Positions 40,412-50,449 of a stretch of DNA of 64,000 nt are shown here, piece after piece. Position numbers and translations under genes: made by a program. Position 1 is the first letter of the stretch; every line of letters starts with the position of its first letter. The stretch spans positions 32,001 to 96,000 of the forward strand of contig CAVPQB010000004.1 of assembly GCA_963707505.1 (NCBI GenBank), in the 5' to 3' direction. The notes below the pieces were generated by a model. It was not told where the DNA came from, ran no database searches, and worked only from the letters and a program-made list of their open reading frames with translations. The stretch comes from an uncultured Gemmatimonadales bacterium (GTDB lineage Bacteria; Gemmatimonadota; Gemmatimonadetes; Gemmatimonadales; Gemmatimonadaceae).

Positions 40412-42022
40412 ATGAGCGAATCCACCCAGGCTGCCCCAGCGGCTCCGGCTGCTCCGGCCCCGACATCAATTGAGGAGTCACAGTTGCGCATCCGCGCGGC
40501 GCTGCTCGCCGCGACTCGCGTTGCGGTCGGTACCCACGCAGGCGATGAGGTGCGCGTCCGAATGATGCATCCCGGTCCGTGGCTGCCGGAGGATCCAACT
40601 GCGCGCCCCATCGTGTATCTGGCTTCGATGAAGACCGATCCCAAGATTCGCGAGATGAGCGCGCGGCCGGAAGTTGCGCTGCTGCTGCACGAATCGCCAA
40701 CTGGTGAAGAGCACACGAGCTGGGAGATGGAGCTCACCGGTCGCGCGGAAATCGTGCGTGATCCCGCCGAGCGCGAGCGCGCCAAGCAGGCCACGATGCG
40801 AACATCGTCGATCGTGCGCTATCTCGACTCGGTTGGACAGACGGATCTTCTGTCATTCGTGCGAGTCACGCCGCGCTTCATGAAGCATCGCGTGTTCGGC
40901 GAGATCGTCGCGGGACGACCGCCATCAATCCTCGATTTTGGCAGCGATGCGGCGGACAGGCCGAGTGATCGTGCGCTGATGGCTCGCCGGCTCGGCACAT
41001 GGAAGGAGATCGTGCGCTGGCCCACACTCACGGCGAGCGCCGCGTCAGTGGTCGTTGGAGTTGCGGCGGCGTTCGCGGTGACTGGCGCCGTGCACTGGGG
41101 ATGGGCATTTCTCACGCTCGTCGCAGCGGTTGCACTGCAAGCCTGCACCAACATCAAGAACGATCTGGACGATCAGTTGAGCGGTGCCGATGACAGAAAC
41201 CGCACAGCCATCCTGGGCTTCACCGGCGGGTCGCGAGTGTTGCAACGTGGTCTTGCAACGCGCGGCGAGCTGCTGGTCGCGATGCTCGGGTTCGGCGTGC
41301 TGAGTACAGCGATCGGTGCCTACTTCGCGATCGCAGGACGCGCCGGCGTGCTGTTGTTCGGACTTGCTGGACTACTCATCGGATTCATCTACACGGGCCC
41401 GCCACTCCGGCTCGCGAATCGTGGACTCGGCGAGCTCGCAGTCGCGCTTGCATTCGGAGTCGGAGTCGTGTGCGGCACCGCGTACGTGCAGGTCGGAAGC
41501 ATTCCGATGCTCGCGCTCGCTGCGTCGATTCCGGTTTCGATACTTGTGGCGCTGATCCTGTTCATCAATGGGTTCCAGGATGCGGCGAGTGACGACGAGG
41601 TATCAAAGCGTACGATGGTCGTGCGACTCGGGCTGTTGCGCGCGAGTCGTGTGTATCCCGTGATCGCGGCGATCGCGGGACTCACGCTCGTCGCATTCGT
41701 GATCGCGGGCACACTTCCGCGGCTGGCGCTGCTCGGACTTGCAGGATTCCCGCTGTTCGCGAAGGCGACGATGGTCGCGCGCAGGAGCTTCGACCATCCA
41801 GTCGAGCTGGTGCCGGCGAATGCGTACACGGTCGTGGGGCATCTGGCCAGCGCTCTCGCACTTGCGGTCGGACTCGTGTGGGCTGGCCTCGGCGGTGGGA
41901 TGAACGCCGAAGTACTGATAGTCGCCGCGTTCGGAGTGCTGCTGATTCTGTACTACAATCACTCGATCGGCAGGCTCGCCAGTGCGTTTTACGGGGTGAG
42001 GGACGCCGTAGCGAAGACTTAG
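40412..42022 (+). CDS. Fusion of PNPOx-like split barrel and MenA/UbiA prenyltransferase
   Basis: N-terminal VRVRMM..YLAS..PKIREMSARPEVALL; C-terminal NDLDD..GAD..FTGGSR, YTGPP..GLGE, NGFQD..D..KRT. Confidence 0.8.
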   Translation: MSESTQAAPAAPAAPAPTSIEESQLRIRAALLAATRVAVGTHAGDEVRVRMMHPGPWLPEDPTARPIVYLASMKTDPKIREMSARPEVALLLHESPTGEEHTSWEMELTGRAEIVRDPAERERAKQATMRTSSIVRYLDSVGQTDLLSFVRVTPRFMKHRVFGEIVAGRPPSILDFGSDAADRPSDRALMARRLGTWKEIVRWPTLTASAASVVVGVAAAFAVTGAVHWGWAFLTLVAAVALQACTNIKNDLDDQLSGADDRNRTAILGFTGGSRVLQRGLATRGELLVAMLGFGVLSTAIGAYFAIAGRAGVLLFGLAGLLIGFIYTGPPLRLANRGLGELAVALAFGVGVVCGTAYVQVGSIPMLALAASIPVSILVALILFINGFQDAASDDEVSKRTMVVRLGLLRASRVYPVIAAIAGLTLVAFVIAGTLPRLALLGLAGFPLFAKATMVARRSFDHPVELVPANAYTVVGHLASALALAVGLVWAGLGGGMNAEVLIVAAFGVLLILYYNHSIGRLASAFYGVRDAVAKT

Positions 42023-42023
42023 A

Positions 42024-42931
42024 TCAATTCGGCAACTTCATCATCAAGCGCTTGACCTCCGGATCCGCATCCGCCCAGCCGCGCGCGCGATCATTGCCGC
42101 TCAGTCGCGACGTTCGATGAATCGGGCGATGCCACAGCTGACAGCGCCGCTGCCGATGCTTCGTTTACGTCTGACACCGCGATGTCGGGTGCGAGCAGCA
42201 TCCGCTCGCGAAATCCTGCGGCCAGCAGGGTCACACGCGGATCGGGTGGTGATTCATAGTCGAGCTCGAGTCGTCGCACGAGCACGTCGTACGCATTGAG
42301 CGCGGTATGGAGAGCTTCCATGGTACCGGGCGCGGCGAGCGAGGAGAGCATCATGATCGCAGCTGCCCGCGACGGCGGCAGTATATCCAACCATCGTGCC
42401 GCGAGCGCCGCACATTCGTCCCACCGTCTCGCACGCGAGAGCATTCTGCAGTGCGCCTCGCACGCGTGCAGAAACCGCCGCTCGAGCCGCGCCCTCTCAC
42501 GCGCAACCCAACCGTCGAACCGGGACGAATTGGGAACGCAGACGCCGTCCAGAAACGGGCCGGTGTATAGCGCGACCGCACGCTCGTGGTCCAGTTCGTC
42601 ACACGCCGCGTTGAATTCCAGCGCGTCCACGCGGAGCCGCGCATCGGCCGAGAGACCGACCTCTGATTGCCGGGTTGCGATCGCGGTCGCGCCGAGAAGT
42701 TTGCGAAGGCTCGAGAGCGCATTGCTGAGCGAATGCCGAGCGCGATCCTCGTCTTCATCTCCCCAGAACATCTCAACCAACTGCTCTCGGCTTACCGGAT
42801 GCGGCGTTCAGCGCGAGCACCGCCAGGACAACAAGCTGCCTGCGGCGCTTGGATAGGGACTCGTCATCACCTGAAGCCGAGACGAGCGCCAGGCGACCGA
42901 GTGTAATCAACCGTAAGTGATTGACGCGCAA
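42024..42931 (-). pseudogene. SARP/BTAD transcriptional activator, frameshifted (~42804) and apparently internally deleted
   Basis: LITLG..LVVLAVLA / SREQLVEMFW..ARHSLSNAL..LYTGPFLDG; out-of-frame GWADADPEV..* tail after the stop. Confidence 0.6.
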
Positions 42932-43037
42932 GTTCTTGATGTGGTGATAACCAGTGGGGGGCGACTCCGCTAACCTGGGCCCGGTAGGAACAAGCTACGC
43001 CTGCCAGAAGATTCCGCAAACGGCCGAACCCGGCCGA

Positions 43038-44063
43038 TCAGCTGATGTGCAGGAAGTGAATCAGTGCGAGGCCGAGTACGATGAGGACGCAGAGTGAGCC
43101 CGTGACTGTAGTAATGACGCGCGGGCCCACCTTGCTTATGGCCTTGAGATCGACACCGAGTCCGAGCGCCGCCATCGCTGCGACGGTGAACCAGGTCGAT
43201 ACAGCGCGTGTCGGCGCCACCCATGTTGGTGGTATCGCGTTGGTCGAGCGCAGCACCGCGAGCAGCAGGAACCCTATGATGAACCACGGTACGAATCGCG
43301 TCAGTTGAAACCGCGTCGCGTTTGCGCCGCTTCCGTGACTTTCATTCGGATGAGTGAGAGCAAAGAATATCACTACAGGGCCGAGCATCAGAACGCGCAC
43401 CAGTTTCACGAGCGTTCCAACCTGACCGGAGAGGATACTCACCGGGAATGCTGCCGCGAGAACCTGCGGGACTGCATAGACAGTGAGTCCGGCCAGCACA
43501 CCGTACTGATAGTTGTTGAGTCCGAGTGGATGGATCAGGAGCGGTAGTCCGAGCACGACGACTACACCGAGAATCGCCGTGAATGCGATGGACGACACGA
43601 CATGTTCCTTCTTCGCTCCGATCACGGGCGCAATTGCGGCGATCGCGGAATTACCGCATATCGAGTTGCCGCACGCGACGAGCACTGCAAGCTTGTGCGG
43701 CAGTCCCATCATTCTGCCGATCGAATAGCTGCCGCAAATTCCGAGGATCACGAGCAACACTATCCCGATCGCGAGCGACGGTCCTGCGCGCAGGAGGAGC
43801 GGCAGATCTACGGATGCGCCGAGCAGGAATATCGCGACTTCGAGCACCTGCTTGGCGGTGAAGGAGACACCGGCATCCATGGTTGCAGGTGGCGTCCAGA
43901 GAGTGCGGACGATCATCCCGACCAGAATGGCGACGACGAGACCCTCGATGATCGCATGTCCGAAGACGCGCTCCTCGACGTTTGCGATGGCGAGGGATGC
44001 AAGGCTGACGATCGTCGCCAGAACGATTCCCGGCAGGAGAGCGAGAAGCCGGTTTTTTGTCAT
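43038..44063 (-). CDS. yeiH: YeiH/putative sulfate exporter family membrane protein (alternative start 44150)
   Basis: GNSICGNSAI, VKLVRVLMLGP, VPWFIIGF, AMAALGL. Confidence 0.88.
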   Translation of the reverse strand: MTKNRLLALLPGIVLATIVSLASLAIANVEERVFGHAIIEGLVVAILVGMIVRTLWTPPATMDAGVSFTAKQVLEVAIFLLGASVDLPLLLRAGPSLAIGIVLLVILGICGSYSIGRMMGLPHKLAVLVACGNSICGNSAIAAIAPVIGAKKEHVVSSIAFTAILGVVVVLGLPLLIHPLGLNNYQYGVLAGLTVYAVPQVLAAAFPVSILSGQVGTLVKLVRVLMLGPVVIFFALTHPNESHGSGANATRFQLTRFVPWFIIGFLLLAVLRSTNAIPPTWVAPTRAVSTWFTVAAMAALGLGVDLKAISKVGPRVITTVTGSLCVLIVLGLALIHFLHIS

Positions 44064-44178
44064 CCTCGCCGAAGGCGGGGGATGACGAAGACATTCGGCT
44101 TTCTTTGCATTCCGAATCCTAGACCTCGGCGATCCATAAGACAAAGACATTATTTACATGTTAGTATTCCAATACATT

Positions 44179-45081
44179 ATGGCTCTCAACCTCCATCATC
44201 TACGTGTCTTTGCAGCGGTCGCTCAGGAGCGCAGCTTCTCTCGTGCCGCGCTTGCTCTGCGGTTGAGTCAGCCCGCCGTCTCAAAAACGGTGCAGGAGCT
44301 GGAACGGCAGACGCAGCTATCGCTATTCGATCGGTCCGGTCGCGCTCCCCGGCTCACAGACGCGGGCACTGCACTCTTCGCGCGCGCACGCGAGTTGTTC
44401 GGTGTAGAGCGAATTGCGGAAGAGGAACTTGGCGCGCTGCGTGGCCTCGAGCGTGGAGTCCTGCGCGTCGGTGCCAGCACCACCGTCGCGACTTACTTTC
44501 TCCCGCCGCTGCTCGCGCGCTTTCATCAGGAACACCCTGGCGTCACGTTGAGGGTGGTGAGCGCCAACACGCGTGCGATCGCGCGCCGATTGCTCGAAGG
44601 GCGGCTCGACATCGCGCTGGTGGAAGGGCCGGTGTCTCACGAGCGGATCTCCGTGATCCCGTGGCGCGAGGACGAGCTCGTCGTGATTGCGCCTGCATCC
44701 CATCCCCTGGTGCACAAACGCCGCGTGCGCCCAGCCGACCTCATCGACGAGCCGTTCATTCTGCGCGAGCCAGGTTCGGGTACCCGCGTCGTGGCAGAAG
44801 CGGCACTGGCCGAGCAGGGCATTCATCCGGGCACCACCGTCCAGCTCGGGAGCACGGAGGCGATCAAGCAGGCGGTCGCGGCTGGACTTGGCCTCGCGGT
44901 CGTATCGCGTGCCGCGGCCGCAGACCAGCTCGCGCTGGGTTACATCGCCGTCATTCCTTTGCGGAGCGCCGCGTTCAGGCGCGATCTCAGGCGTGTGCTC
45001 ACGGAATTGCGACTGACCGGGCGAGCACCCAGTGCCGCCGCCGCGGCGTTCAGGACAGCAATGTCAACGTCGCGCGCGTAA
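44179..45081 (+). CDS. LysR regulator (YeiE/CysL-like)
   Basis: SFSRAA..SQPAVS, GASTT, REPGSGTR, STEAIKQAV; divergent from yeiH. Confidence 0.9.
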   Translation: MALNLHHLRVFAAVAQERSFSRAALALRLSQPAVSKTVQELERQTQLSLFDRSGRAPRLTDAGTALFARARELFGVERIAEEELGALRGLERGVLRVGASTTVATYFLPPLLARFHQEHPGVTLRVVSANTRAIARRLLEGRLDIALVEGPVSHERISVIPWREDELVVIAPASHPLVHKRRVRPADLIDEPFILREPGSGTRVVAEAALAEQGIHPGTTVQLGSTEAIKQAVAAGLGLAVVSRAAAADQLALGYIAVIPLRSAAFRRDLRRVLTELRLTGRAPSAAAAAFRTAMSTSRA

Positions 45082-45142
45082 GCAGTGTGAGTGAGTAACC
45101 GACAAGGCTTGCTCGTCCAGTCTTCACCTCGACCCACATCGC

Positions 45143-46393
45143 ATGTCCACCTCGTTGAATCGCCTACTGATGCTCGGCGCTCTCGCAGGCGTCGTCACGG
45201 TGCCTGTTGCCGCGCAGACGACCGCTCGTACCGCTGCCGCATCTGATACCGCCTTCGACCCGATCAGGGAGATGGTGTCGCGGCTGTCGCTCGATCAGTA
45301 CAAGGCTACTGTAAAGGGACTCACCAAGTTCGGCGATCGCCGTCAGGGAACCGAGCGCAATCGCCAGGCGGTGGACTGGATCGAGGCGCAGCTCAAGAGC
45401 TACGGTTGCACCAACACCGAACGCATCACGTATGACTTTCAGCCACCACCGCCCCGTCAGCCGCTGACGCCGGAACAGCTCGCTCGCTTTCGCGCACGGG
45501 CCGCTGAGACGGGAACGAAGCGGCCGGGCTCGGGCGGATCTGTCATGCGCGGCAAGATCATGCCGACCGGCGTGAATACCGATTCGCTGCGTCAGCCCGA
45601 TCTCGCACTGCGCAAGCTCAACACGCCGCAGTCTGTTGGCGGAGAGCGTCAGGAAGTGTACTGCACCAAGATCGGCACCACGCATCCGGACGAGATGTAC
45701 ATCGTGAGTGGACACATGGACGGAATCGGTTGGGGTGAAGCCGCGAACGACGACGGCTCCGGCACGGCGCTCGTCATGCAGCTCGCGCGCGTATTCAGCT
45801 CGCCGGATGTGAAGACCGATCGCTCCATTCGATTCATCCTCTGGAACAATGAAGAGACCGGCCTCAACGGCGCGAAGGCGTACGTCGAGCAGCGCGAGGC
45901 GCTGCAGGGCAAGGAAGATCCCGCCGGCTCGGGCAAGTACCCCGAACCCAGGTGGCTCGGCGTCATACAGCACGACATGATGATGTTCGATCATGGAATG
46001 CCAAGAGCCGACGGCAGCATGAGCCCGGTGCAGCGCCCGGAAGCGGACGTGAACATCGAGTTCCAGTCCAACTCGAAGATGGCCGACGCATCTCAGAAGC
46101 TCGCGTGGACTCTGTCGACCGCAAATGACAAGTACGCGACGGACTATCCCGCAAAGGTCGGTCAGCACATGACCAACACGGATTCGCAGCCTTTCCAGGA
46201 TCTGGTTCCGTCGATAAGTCTTCGCGAGAACGAGCGCGGAGCACAGATCGGCGCCGGCTGGGATCCGCAGTGGCACCAGCCGACGGATCTCTACAAGACT
46301 TACAGCGATGCCGACTTCCGGCTCGGTCTAAATGCAGCTCAGACAACGCTCAGCGCGGTCGCCGAGCTGACCGGGGCGAAGATCGTCAAGTGA
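45143..46393 (+). CDS. M28 family metallopeptidase, secreted
   Basis: GHMD, ANDDGSG, EETGLNG, HDM, WHQPTD. Confidence 0.88.
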   Translation: MSTSLNRLLMLGALAGVVTVPVAAQTTARTAAASDTAFDPIREMVSRLSLDQYKATVKGLTKFGDRRQGTERNRQAVDWIEAQLKSYGCTNTERITYDFQPPPPRQPLTPEQLARFRARAAETGTKRPGSGGSVMRGKIMPTGVNTDSLRQPDLALRKLNTPQSVGGERQEVYCTKIGTTHPDEMYIVSGHMDGIGWGEAANDDGSGTALVMQLARVFSSPDVKTDRSIRFILWNNEETGLNGAKAYVEQREALQGKEDPAGSGKYPEPRWLGVIQHDMMMFDHGMPRADGSMSPVQRPEADVNIEFQSNSKMADASQKLAWTLSTANDKYATDYPAKVGQHMTNTDSQPFQDLVPSISLRENERGAQIGAGWDPQWHQPTDLYKTYSDADFRLGLNAAQTTLSAVAELTGAKIVK

Positions 46394-46414
46394 CGATCAT
46401 CAGGTAATGCGTGG

Positions 46415-46458
46415 GCGGTGTGTGAGCGGTGTGTGAGCGGTGTGTGAGCGGTGCGTGA
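46415..46458. repeat. 4 x 11 bp intergenic tandem repeat (gcggtgtgtga)
   Basis: Read directly. Confidence 0.9.
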
Positions 46459-46525
46459 GATGCGATTGCTGCATCTCGCGCACCGCCTGCTTCCGCGAGT
46501 CAGTGTGTCGAGCGCGTGATCGCCG

Positions 46526-46717
46526 CTACAATGTCCGCTTCTCCGTGATGTTCCGTACGTCGTAGCTTCGTATTGCACCCAACGCTACTTCCCACCGTCC
46601 CTCGCCGCAGAGTCCGGATAATCCGGCCTCTTCATAAGCTTGCAGTGCGACCGCGACGAGCGCGCGTTGGGTCGCTTCGGCGATCTCGCGCCTGATATCT
46701 CCGCTCTGATCGGGCAT
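46526..46717 (-). CDS. Small conserved hypothetical protein
   Basis: ALQAYEEAGLSGLCGEGRWEVALGAIR motif. Confidence 0.65.
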   Translation of the reverse strand: MPDQSGDIRREIAEATQRALVAVALQAYEEAGLSGLCGEGRWEVALGAIRSYDVRNITEKRTL

Positions 46718-46868
46718 GTCTGAAGCATATCGCCAATGCGACGGCGCTGCCATGTCTGCGCTCGAACACCGTTGAGTGGTCACCGATGGCTGGCACCGTC
46801 GTCATTCATCTGGACGCCGCAATCGCGTGGATTCACACACCAGGTCAAATACCGGGCAGGAGTCACGT

Positions 46869-47573
46869 ATGAGATCACCGATGTCTCGCTACCGAATCGC
46901 TCGTGCGATGATTCTGGTGCCAGCAGTTCTCCTCTCCGCCGCCTGCGGTGGCCACAATCATCTCTCCGAATACAACTTCACCAGCCGATCGCTCGCGCTG
47001 GTGTATATCGCGCCGCCGAGGCCGGAGCTGGTGACTGGTTGGTACAACGTGCCGGACGTGAATGACCCGGTCGCTGCGGTCGTTGCGGCTGGCTCCGGGG
47101 TCGCGAAGGAAGTTGAAGGCCGGCGCGCGCGCACGAGACTTGACAGCGCCGTGGCACTGGTCGACCTCACCGCGATCATGTCGCAGCGGACTCTGGAGCG
47201 AACGAGCCGGTATCTCGGTGCGACCCCAGCCACGAACCGGCAGAACGCCGATTTCGTGCTCGAGGTGAACATGCACAATTCCGGCATCGATCTTCGTCGG
47301 CAGAGCACTGCGTATCTGTTCATGAATGCAACTGCGGTGCTGCTGGATGCACGCACCGGGCGCGAGATATGGAGCTTCGACGTCGATGGCCAGAACCGGC
47401 TCACGCCGTTTCTGTATGGGGGGAATCGCGTCGGCACGGGCGCGATTACGGCGGCTGCGCTGAGTACGGTTTCGGTGGCGGATTTCCAGCGCGCGCTGGA
47501 AGATCTGGCCGACTTCTCGTCGAACGAGATAAGCGACGGATTACGTCAGGCATTGCGCGAAGCGCGGCAATGA
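46869..47573 (+). CDS. Hypothetical lipoprotein
   Basis: AGGAG RBS; lipobox SAAC; LLDARTGREIW. Confidence 0.65.
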   Translation: MRSPMSRYRIARAMILVPAVLLSAACGGHNHLSEYNFTSRSLALVYIAPPRPELVTGWYNVPDVNDPVAAVVAAGSGVAKEVEGRRARTRLDSAVALVDLTAIMSQRTLERTSRYLGATPATNRQNADFVLEVNMHNSGIDLRRQSTAYLFMNATAVLLDARTGREIWSFDVDGQNRLTPFLYGGNRVGTGAITAAALSTVSVADFQRALEDLADFSSNEISDGLRQALREARQ

Positions 47574-47575
47574 AA

Positions 47576-47611
47576 AGCGCTCCGGTTCATCGGTTGATGA
47601 ACCGGAGCGCT
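47576..47611. terminator. 16-bp stem terminator between convergent genes
   Basis: agcgctccggttcatc-ggtt-gatgaaccggagcgct. Confidence 0.8.
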
Positions 47612-47653
47612 GACTTGCTGCGTGCCTCCAGCTAATGGTGCCGAAACGCGCAG

Positions 47654-48347
47654 CTAATTTCTGCGTCGCCGCATGGCGGGAACGAGTCCGACGAGTCCAG
47701 TCGCGAGCAGGGCCATCGAGCTGGGCTCAGGAACGGTCGACGATGGCGGTCCATTGCAGGTGCTGGCGTGAATCGGCGACGCGCTGCCGGATAGCGGGGT
47801 TCCGTTGCTGCTGAATGCCGCCTTGTTGGAACCGCAAGCCTCGGTGAGGCCACCCAGATCGTGAACTGCGAACTGGAAGCCGTTCAGAAACTGGTTCGCG
47901 TCGGTCGAATTGGCGAAGGCGAGGAAGAAGCCCACTGACTCACCGTCGTGCAGACCGTTGGTTGGCGGCGGTGCGTTCGGAGTCGAGGCCGAAGAAGTTG
48001 TTCGCCGTGAAACCGACACCATTGAACGAATTCGGATTGGTGCTGGCAACGCTGAATCGCGAGCTGAGTGCGCCATTAGCGGTGACGGTCGGAGCGGTTC
48101 CGGTGAAGGCTCCGTTGCCAACTCCGAACTCCTTGAACACGCTGTTCGGGTTGTTCGCCAGCCCCGTGTTCGAGGTGTTCGTTACGGTGAACAGCAGTGT
48201 CGAGGTCCCCTGTCCGCTTACCGCCAGGGTTACGCAGGAAAAGAAATCGGACCCACCGCATGCGTTGGTGAACTGTGCGTTTGCAGTCGGTGCGGCGACG
48301 GTGGCTCCGATCGCGAGCAGGGCGGCTGCGTGTAACTGACGAATCAT
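47654..48347 (-). CDS. PEP-CTERM sorting domain protein; frameshift near 47984
   Basis: Signal peptide; VPEPSSMALLATGLVGL..RRRR. Confidence 0.88.
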
Positions 48348-48386
48348 GGGACGATGCCTCTGGTGAGAGTGCGGACATGTGCACTG

Positions 48387-48402
48387 AGCACCGCACGTGC
48401 CA
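48387..48402 (-). promoter_or_regulatory. Candidate sigma54 promoter of the PEP-CTERM gene
   Basis: TGGCACGTGCGGTGCT (GG-N10-GC). Confidence 0.6.
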
Positions 48403-48561
48403 CGGCCGGGTGGTCTCCGAGGTTGATCGCCGCCGTTTAATCGGCTAGTCGCAACACCTGATCCGGCTTGGGCTTAGCAAATTGTCAGATGAGGGTGTCT
48501 TGGTACGCCTGCATACCGTGCACGGTCGCCACACGTTAGTGGCGACCATGCATGCGGTGAG

Positions 48562-49158
48562 TTATGCGCCGAGCTTTGCCTCGAGAGCCTTCGCCGCTGC
48601 CAGGTGGGCCTGGAAGTTCGGGGCGACCTTGACCTCGAGGTCCTTCAGCTCCGCGTTCTTGGTTGCGGGGAGCAGCGTATTGGTCACGGCATCGATCACT
48701 GCCTGGTGATACCAGGCCTCGTGTGCGATGTAGGCCTTATCGAAAGCGGCGCCGGAGAGACCGTTCAGTTTCGCCAGAGTTGCAACGTGATCCTTGTACA
48801 GTGCGAAGTCCTTACCAGGAGGTGTCGGTGTCACATGAAGCTTCCTGGCGAGGTCCCGGCCGAGCTTGCGGGCGGCGCTGTGGTCGCGGACCATCATGTC
48901 GGCGAAGGTACGGACGTCGGCGTTGCTGCTCTTTTTGAGGGCGAGATTGCCGAGGTCGATGTCCCAGGTGTTGGCGGCATCGAAGATGGCGACGATGGTG
49001 GGGTCATCGAGCGCCGCGGCAGGTTGCGCAACAGCGTGTGACGTGGCGAGTAGTACCTGGGGTGTAGCATGGATTGTCTGTGCGCCTACTGGCGCCACTG
49101 CGAGCGAAGCTGCTGCGAAGGACGCTACGACTCCAACCGCTATTCGGGATTTTTGCAT
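48562..49158 (-). CDS. DUF4142 domain secreted protein
   Basis: VRTFADMMVRDHS, LSGAAFDKAYI, AHLAAAKAL. Confidence 0.88.
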   Translation of the reverse strand: MQKSRIAVGVVASFAAASLAVAPVGAQTIHATPQVLLATSHAVAQPAAALDDPTIVAIFDAANTWDIDLGNLALKKSSNADVRTFADMMVRDHSAARKLGRDLARKLHVTPTPPGKDFALYKDHVATLAKLNGLSGAAFDKAYIAHEAWYHQAVIDAVTNTLLPATKNAELKDLEVKVAPNFQAHLAAAKALEAKLGA

Positions 49159-49229
49159 GGTGAGACTCCTGTGATTGTGGACAGAGGGCTGGGACGGACA
49201 CCCACGGCTGCAATTCGGCAACGCCGTGA

Positions 49230-49310
49230 TTGACATATGGCAGCATTCCGATGATTTGTCAAGGAAGTCATTGACTTATTGCATATACGCATGTTTGTCG
49301 ATACTGTACA
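49230..49310. promoter_or_regulatory. AT-rich divergent promoter/operator region
   Basis: TTGACA-N21-TGTCAA inverted repeat; minus-strand TTGACA-N17-CATATG. Confidence 0.5.
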
Positions 49311-49342
49311 TCACGGCCGTGCACGGTCAGAAAGGAGGATGA

Positions 49343-49972
49343 ATGCGGTGGTGGGAACGGCACTTCGGAGATAGCACCCGCGGCCGTATAGTCGCGATTC
49401 TGCGGCGCGGCTGGCATAGCGTTGACGAGATTGCGGCGGCTCTGGGTCTCACGGACAACGCCGTCCGTGCGCACATAGCCACACTCGAGCGCGATGGTGT
49501 GGTTGCGGCGGCTGGCGCTCGGCGCGATGGAACGGTCGGCAAGCCGGCGACCCTCTACGGCGTCGCGGAAGGGGCGGACACGCTCTTCTCCAGTGCGTAC
49601 GCACCGGCACTGTCGGCGGTGATCGCGGAGTTGGAGACCAGGCATCCGGCCGAGGTCGAATCGATACTGCGCGGAGCGGGCTCGAGACTTGGGCCGCGGG
49701 CGCCGGGCACGTTTGCGGAGCGGGTGGGTAATGCGGCGACGCTGCTAACCGAGCTCGGCGCGGACGCGGATGTGGTTCAGACGGCGGAAGGGTACGAGAT
49801 CCATGGCAATGGCTGCGCGCTGTCGCAGGCGGTTTCGTCACATCCGGAAGCGTGCTGCATGGTGGAACAGCTGCTCGCGGAAGTGACTGGGGGGAAGGTG
49901 TGCGAGCGATGCGAGCGCGGGCAAAATCCACCACGATGCTCGTTTTTGATAAGCGAACAGCCTGCGAGCTGA
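49343..49972 (+). CDS. SufR-like (COG2345) HTH metalloregulator
   Basis: TRGRIV..LTDNAVRAHIATLERDG..GKPATLY; C-X12-C..E..C in the C-terminal domain. Confidence 0.75.
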   Translation: MRWWERHFGDSTRGRIVAILRRGWHSVDEIAAALGLTDNAVRAHIATLERDGVVAAAGARRDGTVGKPATLYGVAEGADTLFSSAYAPALSAVIAELETRHPAEVESILRGAGSRLGPRAPGTFAERVGNAATLLTELGADADVVQTAEGYEIHGNGCALSQAVSSHPEACCMVEQLLAEVTGGKVCERCERGQNPPRCSFLISEQPAS

Positions 49973-50161
49973 GCTTCAGCCGGAGATCGATGCTGGAAGC
50001 GTGAACGCAAATGAACTATCACGAGCCCTGGATATTGCGCTTCGCGCCTTGACATCGCGTGTCGCTGGTGCAGACTATGCCAGTCAGTTTTCGGCACCGA
50101 ATTTCCAGCTCGATGGCATAGGGCGGCCCGGTCCAATCCCCCAAGCATACGGAGTAGCGGC

Positions 50162-50449
50162 ATGTACGCAGTGATACGGCGTTATAGTGGCGTGGCGAAG
50201 TTGATCAACGAGCTAGACAAGCGGCAGGATGAGGTCAAGAAGCTGATCGGTGATGGGCCGGGCTTCATTGCCTACTACGCGATCCGGGATGGCGAGGCAC
50301 TCGCGACGATAACGGTATGCGAGGGTCGCGAGGGCGCAGACGAGAGCTCTCGCCGCACGGCGGCCTGGGTACGCGAGAACATGGCGGGCGTGAGAGTTAC
50401 GGCGCCTGAGGCCTACGGCGGAGAAGTGTTCATTCACATGGCCGAGTGA
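50162..50449 (+). CDS. Small dimeric alpha/beta barrel (ABM-like) protein
   Basis: MYAVIRRY, PGFIAYY, AAWVREN; GGAG RBS. Confidence 0.7.
   Translation: MYAVIRRYSGVAKLINELDKRQDEVKKLIGDGPGFIAYYAIRDGEALATITVCEGREGADESSRRTAAWVRENMAGVRVTAPEAYGGEVFIHMAE

Noticed and set aside
46415..46458. Repeat run as a CRISPR array or iterons
   Set aside because: 11-bp units are directly abutting with no spacers, and there is no cas or rep gene
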